Made by a program: the position numbers and the translations under genes. The notes beneath the pieces were generated by a model, which saw nothing but the letters and a program-made list of their open reading frames with translations, searched no databases and was not told where the DNA came from. From Negaprion brevirostris (Eukaryota), in NCBI GenBank assembly GCA_030324005.1, contig JARDVH010000110.1, forward strand, positions 37,512,122-37,576,121: DNA of 64,000 nucleotides, given 5' to 3'. Positions 13,336-26,057 of this stretch are shown here, piece after piece (within the stretch, counting starts at the first letter, position 1; each line of letters begins with the position of its first letter).

Positions 13336-14149
13336 AAACAGAATGTAGTACCGAGTGCCCAATATGTAAGCACAAGAATGCACTGTTAGGGTACTAGATA
13401 TTAGGTGTACGTGGGAGTTTTTTTAGTTTAAACCACATCCTCAGTAAGGCAGAGAATTCATGAAGCTGTCTAATGAAAATTCAAGTAGTGTAAACTTAAC
13501 AAGTTGAGATATAATGGAAAGATATTATGATCCTAATTGCTTTATCACAAACTTTAAAAATAGGTCTAAAAATTGAGTTCAGGAAATAGTCAGTAGGTTT
13601 GGCAACATCCATTGAGAGAGAAACATTTAAAGTTCCATTAATTCTGTTTCTGTCTTCACAAATACTGTCAGACCCTTCCGGATTTTATTTCAGATTTCCA
13701 GCATCAACAGTATTTTGTTTTTAAAAATTGGACTTTAATGATCTCTTAAACAACCATAAAAGAAGTATTTGACAAGGCAACGTGACATTGTCATGTTTAC
13801 ACTGCATCTTTTAATTCAGTCCATTTACCTTGGCAAAGTGTATTTCCAATATTTACCAGGTCCAAATAAACAAAGTATGTTAACATGTCAGGTCGATGAT
13901 CCTTCATCAGAACTGATGGACATGATTTTCCATGCCTCCCCTCCATGACGTGTTTCGCAATGGCAGAGGCATCTCACCATTGGCTAGTGATGGCATCTTG
14001 TGATTCAGTTGCATCAATAGGATTTCCTGATATTTGTACCACCCCTGCCCCCGCCCCCTCACAGGGGAACCCATGGCAGGGGGATGGATTAACATCGGCA
14101 GGACTACAAGTTCCTGTCAGCAGAAATGGGAAAGTCTGGCCAATATTTC

Positions 14150-14282
14150 AATGAAGAGTCATTGATTTGAAATATTAACCCTATTTCTCTCTCTACAAAT
14201 GCTGCCTGAGCTGCTGAGTATTTCTTGCATTTGCTGTTCTTATCTCAGATTTCCGATATCGGCAGTAGTTTGCTTTTGTTTT
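14150..14282 (+). mobile_element. Penelope-like element terminal fragment
   Basis: tgctgcctgagctgctgagtatttc...cagatttcc...gcagtagtttgcttttg is homologous to the end of the Penelope at 53264-53400. Similar pieces lie at about 13620-13720 and 20550-20630. Confidence 0.6.
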
Positions 14283-14480
14283 GACATCAGGGGCTGGATT
14301 TTCTATGCCACCCCTGGGGCATGTTTGCAGTGGTAATCAGTGGCTGAACTTCCCTGCCCTTGTTGCTGTCTCAACTTTTGCCAACCTCACCAACTCACGA
14401 TGGTTAATCTCTTCTGCTTTTCCCTCCTTGAAGGTAATTGCAATAATTGACCCACTTCCAATTTCTGAGACTATCGCAGT

Positions 14481-15575
14481 GGTGTATTTTTAGCCCCCCC
14501 CTTAACCCTTTGCTATCTCCTCTCCCTACCACTAGCAGCCCATCGAGATCTTTGGGCTGGATTTTACAGTCTCCACCAGGCATAAATTCAGCTGGGGACA
14601 GAAGGAGGGCATGAAAACATGATAGCTGTCCACCAACAAACTGCCCCCTATACAATAGGTTGGTGGGCCTTTTTTTTATTAACTAATTAAGGATCATTTA
14701 ACATAGAACACTACAGCACAAACAGGCCCCTCAGCCCACAAGTTGCACCGATCACATTTATACCTACCAAGCCATAGAACTATCTGTAACTCCCAATCCT
14801 ATTAGATCCCATATACTCATCCAGAAGCCTTTTAAAAGACCCCAGCCAGTTTGCCTCTACCACCACCGACGACAGCCGATTCCACTCACTCACCACCCTC
14901 TGAGTGAAAATCTTTCCCCTAACATCTCCTCTGTACTTGCTTCCCAGCACCTTAAACCTGTGTCCTCTCGTAGCGACCATTTCAGCCCNNNNNNNNNNNN
15001 NNNNNNNNNNNNNNNNNNNNNNNNNNNNNNNNNNNNNNNNNNNNNNNNNNNNNNNNNNNNNNNNNNNNNNNNNNNNNNNNNNNNNNNNNNNNNNNNNNNN
15101 NNNNNNNNNNNNNNNNNNNNNNNNNNNNNNNNNNNNNNNNNNNNNNNNNNNNNNNNNNNNNNNNNNNNNNNNNNNNNNNNNNNNNNNNNNNNNNNNNNNN
15201 NNNNNNNNNNNNNNNNNNNNNNACCATATCTGGTTTGGGTGTGCATCTTCTTTGGGCTGAGCACTGCCGATCTCAAGAACTGCTGGCGCTACTGGAGCTG
15301 CCAGCCTAATCAGATCAATTGGCCAGTTGCCTCAAGGACAGAATCTCCACCCACTGACTAGCAAAAGTCCCACCAGCACCTAGTTTAGCCTCCCCACAAT
15401 GTGTTATGGCTGTGGGCCAGGTTTCTTTCATTTCAGGCATCCCACTTCCCTTCCTAGGGGTCGCAAGCAATCTATGCCGATATGGGGCTGTAAAATCCAG
15501 CCCGAAGATCTCGATGGGCTGCTGATGGTAGGGGGAGGAGATAAGAAAGGGTTAAGGGGAGGCTAAAAATACACC
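14481..15575. mobile_element. Non-autonomous DNA transposon-like unit bounded by 88-bp inverted repeats, with a nested CR1 (from about 14698, -)
   Basis: 14481-14569 is the reverse complement of 15488-15575 with few mismatches. The nested CR1 translates as TRGHRFKVLGSKYRGDVRGKIFTQRVVSEWNRL. Confidence 0.7.
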
Positions 15576-15587
15576 CCTGTGGAAGTT

Positions 15588-15919
15588 GGGCGGCATGGTG
15601 GCACAGTGGTTAGCACTGCTGCCTCAGAGCTCCAGGGATCAGGGAACGATTCCCAGCTTCGGTCACTGTCTGTGTGGAGTTTGCACATTCTCCCCATGTC
15701 TGCGTGGGTTTCCTCCCACAGTCCAAAGATGTGCAGGCTAGGTTGATTGACCATGCTAAATTGCCCCTTAGTATCCTGGGATGTGTAGGTTAGAGGGATT
15801 TAGCCAGGTAAATGTGTGGGGTTGTGGGGATAGTGCTTGGAGTGGGATTGTTGTCAGTGCAGACTCAATGGACCAAAAGGCCTTCTTCTGCACTGTAGAA
15901 ATCACAGAATTCCTATGAT
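15588..15919 (+). mobile_element. HE1/V-SINE, near full length
   Basis: tRNA head ggcggcatggtggcacagtggttagcactgctgcctca, V-domain tgtgtggagtttgcacattctcccc, and CR1-type tail. Confidence 0.9.
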
Positions 15920-16842
15920 ATCCTGTCCTTTGATTCTAATGATAGATTCTAAAACCACACCGCAATTGATGGTGAACAGATAGGGCTTACATGGTTTCTC
16001 CTTCCGTTCTTAAATAATAGAGTGACACTTATGAATTTCCAATCTTGAAGTTCAATCACTGATCAGTTTATTGAACTAAATGTAAGTGAAGAAGAATGGA
16101 AATACTGAGCCAAGGTGTAATAAAAATTGTCTCATCATAATAACATCTCTGCTTCTAGTACCTTATTTTTTTACAAATCCTTAAATTGCTATTGGCTCTA
16201 ATCGCAAATTTGAATAAGGCAATTCTTGCATCATTGGTCAGAAAAGATGATGCTCTTTCACATTTAAAAGATAGTTTAGTATAGCACCAGATTTGAACCA
16301 TTAGACTTGCACTGCCATCTTCATATCTGCAGGTTCTATACTTTATTTTCATATAAGAAATAATTTGAGAAGTTTTCAACACATTGTTATTTCAAGTGAG
16401 TGGACCTGGTTCATCACAACAGCTGAGTACCGTCAGTATTACAACATTAATAAAATAAAATAAAAACTTTATATGACAGTGCTAAAATAATTAGACCCTG
16501 ATGATTATTGATGATAATTTTGTGGCATTGCAAATGAAATCCAACCTACCCATGTTGACTGATAAATGGTTTGATTCTTAATGATCCTCATTCTTTTCTA
16601 GCCATGTACAAAGCAGATCTCATTTTAAATCACAAAATAACATTTTTCTGAATTGAAATTTATATAGTATATAATTGAACCTCTCAAGAATAAGACTTTT
16701 CTTAAGTTAATAAGAAATCTATCATTTCATAAGTTATCGGTAATGTATGTCATTCCTGTTGTAAATAGTTCCCTTTTATGTTTTAAGAAACATTTTACTT
16801 TGGGTAAAATGAACACAACTTGCATTTTTTAATGAGCTAATG

Positions 16843-17193
16843 CAAGGGTCCCCAAACAATTGGTTGGGACACCTATTAGGATTGTGAGCTGCAAAGCAGT
16901 AACGGTGGGCATAGAGCTTGGACTGAGTTTTGAGAGTTGTAAGACCTCTGTAATGTTTGCAGGTTTTTTTGTGTCAATGGTTGCAGCTTAATCATCGGTT
17001 CTCTACAGTCTGATTGCTGCTACAACTCCACCCTGAGTCAATGGTGCCTTCAACAACTTTAAACCTCACTTCCCCAAGTCAGCAACTTATCCCCCCACCT
17101 CCCCAACACCCCCCAAATTTTAACTTTGGGGTCACGTGAAGCCTGAAGTATTAAAAATGGGGTTACATTGGGAAAATGTTTCTTTGAAGCACT
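16843..17193. mobile_element. hAT-like MITE relic
   Basis: Termini caagggtccccaaac ... tttgaagcact and internal ggggtcacg motifs resemble Charlie/hAT non-autonomous elements. Confidence 0.4.
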
Positions 17194-18844
17194 TAAGCTG
17201 AGGCACTTGCAGTATTATCCAAGCTGACAATGAAATAGATCAAAGCAGTTTCAAGATATACTCCACCAGGAAATATTTTGGAAATTGCTTTAATGTTTCC
17301 TGAGAAGAAATGCAAGTAAAATACTTTGACGCAATAAGCAAGTCGCTTCAGTGTAGTTTTGTACCACTCAGATTCAGACATTCTCTTGTTGCTCAAACTC
17401 AGTTTAGGGGCAGACAGCTGTTCTTGAATCTTGTATTTCTGTGATCTTATTGATTGCAACACCACTTTTAAGGGATACAGTGACCAATCAACCAATGGTT
17501 ACAAGAACTTTTGCAAAATAGGCTTTTAAATCAAAACTCAGCTCCATTGAGCAACTGAATACATTCTGTAATGCACTTAGGACTACTGTCTTAGCTCTGC
17601 TAATTTTGATTTCACAATCTGGTTGTAATACGTATAATTTCTGTTCTAACAGGCTAGTTTCATATTGAAAGTTAGCTGTTAACATCTTAAGAGAAGATCA
17701 TGAGAATGGTGATTTTTCCCCCCAGATTTATTAATGTCAAATGTTTCCTTGTTTCTCAAAGAATCCCCAATCAATCTGCTTCTTATTTCATTGCTCCTGA
17801 GTCCACTTATTATTTCTTCAGTAGTGTATGTGCTTCCTGACTTTCTTTTACCAGCCTCTATTGAAGCAGCAACTTCAGGGAATTGTGAAGATCTCTGCTA
17901 ATCAATTATAAATTCAAGCCAACAATTTTTGGATATTACTCCACATTGCTTAGCGTCAGTGTTATCAAGTTGGCAGCTGGGGATATAACTGAAGTCTTTT
18001 GAGATGCCCTCAATTTCCTTCTCATTTCCAGGTCGCAGGTATCTATAACAAACAGACGTCTGTTATTTCTGGACACGTAGAAAGTTTGATTACCATGGTA
18101 GCATTTCCAGTGATTTTGTGATCAGAGAACTTTGCAATCTACATGAAAGAATATTGTCTTCTTTCCCAACAAAGTCAGAAAAAAGAGGAGGAAACAAAGT
18201 AAATCAGAGAAATAAGATTGTCATTAACCCACAACCGAGGTTATGCGTACAAATCTGTGGCATTGAACATCACTGATTATATAAAGTGAATGTGGTCAGC
18301 CAGGGATACAAGGTGAGTGAAATGAGATCTAGTCTGATGGATCTTGTTTCCACGATGATCTTGAAACCATAAATCAAGCTTGTATAACCAAAAGCAAGAT
18401 AACTACAACATAAACAGATGATTGACTTACTAAAAATAATCAAATCCTGTGCTACTGTTCAGCAAAACTACTTCAAACTGCTAGAAACATCATTGATTCA
18501 GTGGCTGTCATCAATCTCAGCACACATATTCAATTTGAACTTCACTGTAAGATTGTGGCATATAGCTGGTGAAGGAGTTGCATCAAACTGCACAGGTGGA
18601 AAAAAGTGTGTACAGTGAAAGAATTTGCAGGAGACTGATCCTATCTTGGATGGGAGTCACTTCCTTCTTTCAGATGTTCCCATTTTACTTGCAGCCATCA
18701 CAGTTCTGGTTCTTCGTCCTTCTCCATCTCCCCCAGTCGATCACCCATTCCTCTTCCTTTCCCACTGCATTTAAATCTTTCATCACTGCATCTTCCCATT
18801 TGTAATGGCGTGGGCAGGTCATCACACTCCCCACCGTCATGTGA

Positions 18845-19138
18845 GGTGGAACAATGGCAGTGTTTAGCACTGCTGCCTCACAGCACCAGGGACCTGGGTT
18901 CAATTCTGGACTTGAATGACTATGTGTGGAGTTTGCACTCCTCCCACAGTCTGAAGTTGTGCAAGTTAGGTGATTGGCTGTGGTAAATTGCACCTCAGTG
19001 TTTAAAGATGGAGTTAGGGGGATTAGCAGAGTAAAAACATGGGGTTGCGGGTATAGAGCCTGGGTATAATGCTCTGTTGGAGAGTTGGTGCAGTCTCGAT
19101 GGGCTGAATGACTTCCCACACTGTAGGTGTTCTATGAT
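18845..19138 (+). mobile_element. HE1/V-SINE
   Basis: A/B boxes (ttagcactgctgcctcacagcaccagggacctgggttcaattc), V-domain, and tail ttctatga. Confidence 0.85.
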
Positions 19139-19194
19139 ATCCAGCCACCATAGTTAGAACATGCTTTATCCCTGTCTGAATTGCGGTCCAGAAA

Positions 19195-19404
19195 ATGGCT
19201 TGGAGACCCCAAGGAGCACCGGCGTCTAGATTCAGCAATCCATCCCTAGAAGTATTGCTGGATGCAGTGAAGAACAGGAGAAATATCCTGTACATCAGGA
19301 GTGAAAGGAGGAGTTCCACCTGACTCACCAAACCTGCATGGCAGGCAGTTCTAGAAGGATGCATGCCAGCAGTATGTACTAGAGGACAACCCTGCAGTGC
19401 AGAA
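19195..19404 (+). mobile_element. Harbinger/PIF-type Myb/SANT-like ORF relic
   Basis: MAWRPQGAPASRFSNPSLEVLLDAVKNRRNILY...TKPAWQAV...(frameshift)RTTLQCR, with an in-frame stop. Confidence 0.7.
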
Positions 19405-20639
19405 TTGGCCATGCTAAATTGCCCCTTGGTATCCAAAAGATGTGTGGGTTAGTTGGATTAGCCATGGTAAATGGGGTTATGGGGAAAGGACGGATGGACA
19501 GGGCGGAAGGGGGTGGGGGGTGGGTGCAGTGGNNNNNNNNNNNNNNNNNNNNNNNNNNNNNNNNNNNNNNNNNNNNNNNNNNNNNNNNNNNNNNNNNNNN
19601 NNNNNNNNNNNNNNNNNNNNNNNNNNNNNNNNNNNNNNNNNNNNNNNNNNNNNNNNNNNNNNNNNNNNNNNNNNNNNNNNNNNNNNNNNNNNNNNNNNNN
19701 NNNNNNNNNNNNNNNNNNNNNNNNNNNNNNNNNNNNNNNNNNNNNNNNNNNNNNNNNNNNNNNNNNNNNNNNNNNNNNNNNNNNNNNNNNNNNNNNNNNN
19801 NNNNNNNNNNNNNNNNNNNNNNNNNNNNNNNNNNNNNNNNNNNNNNNNNNNNNNNNNNNNNNNNNNNNNNNNNNNNNNNNNNNNNNNNNNNNNNNNNNNN
19901 NNNNNNNNNNNNNNNNNNNNNNNNNNNNNNNNNNNNNNNNNNNNNNNNNNNNNNNNNNNNNNNNNNNNNNNNNNNNNNNNNNNNNNNNNNNNNNNNNNNN
20001 NNNNNNNNNNNNNNNNNNNNNNNNNNNNNNNNNNNNNNNNNNNNNNNNNNNNNNNNNNNNNNNNNNNNNNNNNNNNNNNNNNNNNNNNNNNNNNNNNNNN
20101 NNNNNAGAAAGAAGCAAGAAAAAAATACTAAGGGAATTAATTTGTTGTTGCTTTGTATATTTCTTATCCTTAAATTTGTGTGAAGTTAATTGAGGATGGA
20201 CAAATAATATCAACGCAAGAGAGATTGTGAATCGAAGCAAGTTAGAATTTTTTTTTTAAAAAAGAAATTGCTGTATGAAGAATTCTGTTAATTGATCAGT
20301 ACCTTTTATGCTGAAGAATGGCTGCCCTAAACAGCTGCAGGACTCAAAATGGTCTTTGCTCTTGCTTTATCAATATAATTTCACTGGTATATTGTATTTA
20401 CTATCAACAATGTAGTTGTACATTGTTTCTCAATAAACCAGCAGTAAGTGTTACAAACCATTAATTCCACAAATGAGCATCATCACAACAAGGAGAGCAT
20501 ACAGGCAGTCAGTGTATACATTAATGGCTGATGCCAATACCAGAATATTGTCCGAACTAAAATCAGAAAATGCTGCAAAAATTCAGCAGGTCTTGCAGCA
20601 TCTGTACAGAGAAAAAAGGAGTGTTTTGAGTCCATATGG

Positions 20640-21335
20640 TCCCCTTACTTGAGGATGGATGCAGTGGAATTAGAGTCAGTCCAGAAGAGGTTCACTAAAT
20701 TGATTCCAGAGATGAGGGGTTTGTCATATGAAGAGATTGAGCGGTTTAGGGCCATACTCTCTAGATTTTAAAAGAAATCTACGACTATAGCCATAAATCT
20801 CTGACCTCGCCTGCAGATGGCATTCACCACTGCAGTGAATGGAGATTTAGCTGAGCACCAAATTCTCCATTCTCACTGGCAGTGGTCAGGGGCAGGGAGG
20901 GGGAGGGGGTGGTGGTTGTTGGGGTAGAGACTGGAGAATTCTGGCCTATTTATAAATGAAGTATATAAGATGATTAAAGGTATTGACAAAGTAGACATAG
21001 AGCGGGTGCTTCCTCCTGTGGAGCAATCTAGAACAAGAGGTCATAGTTTTAGGTTTAAGGGGTAGCAGATTTAAAACAGAGACGAGGAGAAACTACTTCT
21101 TTCAAAGGGTCATGGTCCTGAGGAATTCACTACCTCAGAGCATACAGGATGCTGGGACACTTAGTAAATTTAAGGAGGAGATAGATTTTTAATTATGATG
21201 GGTGGAAGAGTTATGGAAATCAGGCAATAAAGTAGAGCTGAGGCTGAAACAAAATCAGCCATGATCATATCGAATGGTGGAGAAGCTCAAGGGACTGCAT
21301 TGCTTACTCCTCCTCCTAGTCCTTGAGTTCTTATG
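20640..21335 (+). mobile_element. CR1 LINE 3' fragment interrupted by a MITE (20785-20948)
   Basis: gagtcagtccagaagaggttcactaaattgattccagagatg ... ttcttatgactctt; the CR1 sequence resumes after the MITE. Confidence 0.8.
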
Positions 21336-22076
21336 ACTCTTCAGAGCTAGATTATTGTCTGTTGGCAATGCATTGCCTTGCGCAAGTGTTACTTTTGGAA
21401 TGATGTATGTTTTCATTGGAGTTGTTTTAATCATTGGGACCCTAGAACTTGCCGGACGACACTACAACATACATTACTTGGGTTTTTGCTTATCCTCTGG
21501 GCTTAGTCTATCTAATCTGAACTTGGGAATCATTGGGAAGTCATTAAAGATGATAGTTGTTTTGAGCACACTTATGCATAGACAAAATTATTCATCCAGC
21601 GCAGAAGGTGTCAAAATCCTAAATCCCAAGAAAATGGACATTTTTAAGAAGAAGTAAATTGTCTTCATGGACCAATTAGCTCCAAAGAGGAACAATGGTG
21701 CCAAATACGAGCATATTGTACAGTGGTTTAAGAATGCAGACAGTAGAATAAAGAGTAGGGACTGGGAAAAAAGATGAAATTTGGCTTCAGTAGGGGTTGG
21801 AATGAAGAAAGACAGAGACTGTCTTGCTCAGGCTTCAAAATCCCTGTAACACAGTACTCACAACAATATTGCTACATCACCATTGCAAAACAATACAATA
21901 ACAGTGTTGAAGCTTGTCTTTCTGAGGCTTGACTTGTTCTTTTCCCATATCCTACTGATTGCTCACCAGGTCTATAGGGTACAAGGTAGCAGTCAAGATA
22001 GCTAACAAAGCAAAGTATCTAGACTATAACTGTTGGTGACCGAGGGGCTTTTGTAAACAAAACCAGAGACAATTAC

Positions 22077-22238
22077 TATGGCCGTAAATCTCTGACCTTG
22101 TCTGCAGATGGGATTCACTGACCCCACTGCAGTGAATGGAGATTTAGCTGAACACCAAATTCTCCGTTCTCACTGGCAGTGGTCGTCCTTACTGGCAGTG
22201 GTCGGGGTGGGGTAGAGACTGGAAAATTCCAACCTATT
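22077..22238. mobile_element. MITE of about 160 bp (second copy of 20785-20948)
   Basis: Shared core gcagtgaatggagatttagctga.caccaaattctcc.ttctcactggc (internally palindromic), with TA at both ends. Confidence 0.7.
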
Positions 22239-22326
22239 TGTAAAATTATAATCAGATCTTGGTTTTGTATGATGATTAAAAGCCCTCTCAATTTTTTGTC
22301 ATAATTCATGCTATTATCAGTTTCAC

Positions 22327-22363
22327 TCACCTGATGAAGGAGCAGTGCTCCGAAAGCTCGTGA
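22327..22363 (+). ncRNA. Minimal type I hammerhead ribozyme motif in a Penelope-type terminal repeat (22327-22415)
   Basis: TCAC-CTGATGA-A-GGAGC(agt)GCTCC-GAA-AGCT-C-GTGA. Catalytic boxes are intact; stem I is TCAC/GTGA, stem II GGAGC/GCTCC, stem III a palindromic AGCT, and the cleavage triplet is CUC. Confidence 0.7.
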
Positions 22364-23969
22364 CTCTGAATAAACCTGTTGGACTTTAATCTGGTGTTCT
22401 GAGACTTCTTACTGTATCAATTTCTTGCATAGACTATAGATTTGGAATGATTGCTGGACAGTCATAGTTCTTTCTATATAAGACACATAAAATGCATCCA
22501 GACTGCTTGCATTATATAACACCTTTCACACTGTCAGGATATCCCGAAGTGCTTCCAGTAAATTAAGTTTTTTCTTGAAGTGTTGTGACTGCTGTGATTT
22601 CGAAAACAAGTGGCCATTTTCAAATAAGCTCCAGACAAACAGCAATCACAAAGATAAATAACTAGGGCAATTCTACCTACTTGGTGATCATTACTTTTCA
22701 AAACACAGTGTATGCCTAACAAATTAGTAGGTTAGAAATTGTCACTGCTATGTATTTATGGTACAACTCTAGGTTGAAAATCACCTACTTGCTCTTGACT
22801 TTTTCATTGTTTGCTAAGTAATAATTACCGGCCAAATATTTACTTTAGGAGTTTCACAGTTTTAGGCAGGTCTCTGAATGCTGTATCACAGACAGGAATA
22901 AACATCTTTCAAATATTCTAGGTCAAGTCGCTAACATTTAAAATGGAAACTGTACCTTTGCTATATATAAAACAAAAATTGGATAGCTATTCAGCTACAA
23001 GAAAAGACAAACATCATTTGAACAGGAATAAGTTAACATAAAGCTTCTTTGATCTTATATATATTATTATTAGGATATGGTACACGTATTTCTGCCAGTG
23101 TACTTCAAGCTTCTGATTAATGGGCCATGTAGTTATCCAATGGACTATTCAATGTGAGCAAGATTAATTGTTAGATCTGGACATTGCTATTTGTACGTAG
23201 CAGAGAAAACATAGAATTTAGTTTTCAACTCTGTGCTCACAGAAGCAGTTACTCAAACAGTCGGGGGATTAACCTGAACAAAATGTGGCTGTGAGACAAG
23301 CCATTGATACAACAACATGTTTGTTTCCACCTCTTGCCCTTTAAAATTAAGCAGATGAAAAAATANNNNNNNNNNNNNNNNNNNNNNNNNNNNNNNNNNN
23401 NNNNNNNNNNNNNNNNNNNNNNNNNNNNNNNNNNNNNNNNNNNNNNNNNNNNNNNNNNNNNNNNNNNNNNNNNNNNNNNNNNNNNNNNNNNNNNNNNNNN
23501 NNNNNNNNNNNNNNNNNNNNNNNNNNNNNNNNNNNNNNNNNNNNNNNNNNNNNNNNNNNNNNNNNNNNNNNNNNNNNNNNNNNNNNNNNNNNNNNNNNNN
23601 NNNNNNNNNNNNNNNNNNNNNNNNNNNNNNNNNNNNNNNNNNNNNNNNNNNNNNNNNNNNNNNNNNNNNNNNNNNNNNNNNNNNNNNNNNNNNNNNNNNN
23701 NNNNNNNNNNNNNNNNNNNNNNNNNNNNNNNNNNNNNNNNNNNNNNNNNNNNNNNNNNNNNNNNNNNNNNNNNNNNNNNNNNNNNNNNNNNNNNNNNNNN
23801 NNNNNNNNNNNNNNNNNNNNNNNNNNNNNNNNNNNNNNNNNNNNNNNNNNNNNNNNNNNNNNNNNNNNNNNNNNNNNNNNNNNNNNNNNNNNNNNNNNNN
23901 NNNNNNNNNNNNNNNNNNNNNNNNNNNNNNNNNNNNNNNNNNNNNNNNNNNNNNNNNNNNNNNNNNNNN

Positions 23970-24570
23970 TTCTCCTGCCTTTTCCCCATAACCCTGATCC
24001 CCTTATTAATCAAGAACCTATCTATCTCTATCTTAAAGACACACACATTACCTGGCCTCCACAGTCTTGTGTGGCAGAGTTCCACAATTCACCACTCTGG
24101 CTGAAGAAATTCCTCCTCATCTCTGTTTTAAAGGATCATCCCTTCAGCCTGAGATTGTGCCCTCTGGCTCTAGTTTTGCCAACTAGTGGAAACATCCTCT
24201 CCACGTCCACTCTATCCGGGCCTTGCAGTATACTGTAAGTTTCAATAAGATCTCCCCCTCATCTTTCTAAACTCCAACAAGTACAGGCCCAGAGGAGTCA
24301 ACTGTTCCTCATGACAAACACTTCATTCCAGGGATCAATCTCATGAATCTCATCTGGACCCTTTCCAAGTATTCTTAAGGTGCTTCATCTGTTTTTTGTT
24401 GCCTCAACCTTATGTATGCAACCTTTTTCTTTTTGACTAGACTTGAAAACTCCCTGGTTATCCATCATTCCTGAATCTTGCCTTTCCTGTCCTTTTTCCA
24501 CAGGTACGGTCCTTTAAAAGACTGCCACATGCCAGATGTGGATTTACCCTCAAACAGTGTCTCCCAAACA
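23970..24570 (-). mobile_element. CR1 LINE fragments
   Basis: VFKIEIDRFLINKGIRVMGK and the adjacent ORF2 C-terminal sequence. Confidence 0.75.
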
Positions 24571-25801
24571 ACAGATTGCACTGATCCTGCAGAATAGCAG
24601 GCAGGCCTAAAAATCGGTTTCTCACCCAGTATCAAACAGTTTGTGATTCTTCTGGCCCCTTTCTAATGGTGCAAACTGGATTGAGCCCAGCAATAGCTTC
24701 AAACTAAGAAATAGAGTTAGTAGGCAGCAGAATTTAATGCTTTCCACTGGACTGGAGGGGGCTTTAAAATAGGGCATGGGTTGGACAGCCAATTGTCTTC
24801 CCAACTCTCCCTAGTTATGTCTGGAATGGGAATGATAAAGGACAGCCTTCCTACTCCAAGGCCCATTGAAGCCCTTTAATGGTCAATTAAAGAAAGCCTA
24901 AAAGCTTCAGCCCACAATTGCGGGCATTCTACCAGTGTACACCCAAAGACTGGCCACATGGAATGACACCCCTGCCCTTTAAATAGACTTGCCCTTCCCC
25001 ATTTGCCTGATTAGCCCCAGTGAGCCTCCTCCACCTACCATGGATTCCTTAATTCCATGGCTGTCCTTCATCCTGAGGCTTAGTACTGGCAGAGGCTACC
25101 TCTCCCAGAGCTGGTATTAAATATCTGAACATCCAGGAACCTGATTAGCTTTTAATTGTATTGAGACTACCGGAAATGACTACAGCAGGGCTGCTACCGG
25201 CTTTCCACACAGTGAACTGTGACCATAATATTTAAGAACAGTGACCTATCATAAGGACTTGCTGTTCCACTTTGTTTTCAGTTTGTTTTTCCATCTGATC
25301 ACCCTTGCAGCCCTCATCAATTTGGCTTGTGTTTAGCCCATCTTTATACATCACCCCATCCTGTTGCTTAATGTTTGTACATTTTCTAATGTTTTCACAG
25401 CATAATTCGTAAGTGAAACAGGTTTATTCAACTTTTCTGCAGGCTCTTTTACTTAATTCTGTTACACAGGATTCCAGTTGTACAGAATTCTAATTTACAT
25501 TGTAATGCTGACATCACAAAGACCATTCCCTTCCTTAGTGCTGAAAAGATTTCAATATTTACTTCCTCTTCACTTTAGATTACAGAGAAGGTAATTTGAT
25601 AAAAATTTAAAATTATGATACAGAGAAGTAGTCTGGTTCCAGTAGTTGAGGGCTCTATTAATAATGCATAATTAAATTTGAGGGATTTAGAATAAGAGGA
25701 AAAGAAAAACTTCATTACACGGGTTGACAGTTTTTGGAATTCGTTTTCAGGTATTAGTTGTTCTAAACTAATGTCAACATTCAACACTAGATTGGATAGT
25801 T

Positions 25802-26057
25802 AAAAAGTTTGTTTATTAGTCACAAGTAAGGCTTATGTTAACACTACAATGAAGTTACTGTGAAATTCTCCTAGTTGCCATATTCCAGCAGCACATGTAC
25901 CTAACTAGCACGTCTTTCAGACTGTGGGAGGAAACCAGAGCACCCAGAGGAAACCCACACAGACACAGGGAGAATATGCAGGGAGTGATCCAAGCCAGGA
26001 ATCAAACCTAGGTCCCTGGTGTTGTGAGGCAGCAGTGCTAACTACTGTGCCACCCCT
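25802..26057 (-). mobile_element. V-SINE with alternative 3' tail
   Basis: HE1-like head on the minus strand, but the tail is cacagtaacttcattgtagtgttaac...cttgtgactaataaac. Confidence 0.8.

Noticed and set aside
15588-15665. tRNA-like sequences here and at other SINE heads
   Set aside because: They continue into the V-SINE body and lack a complete cloverleaf, so they are SINEs rather than tRNA genes.
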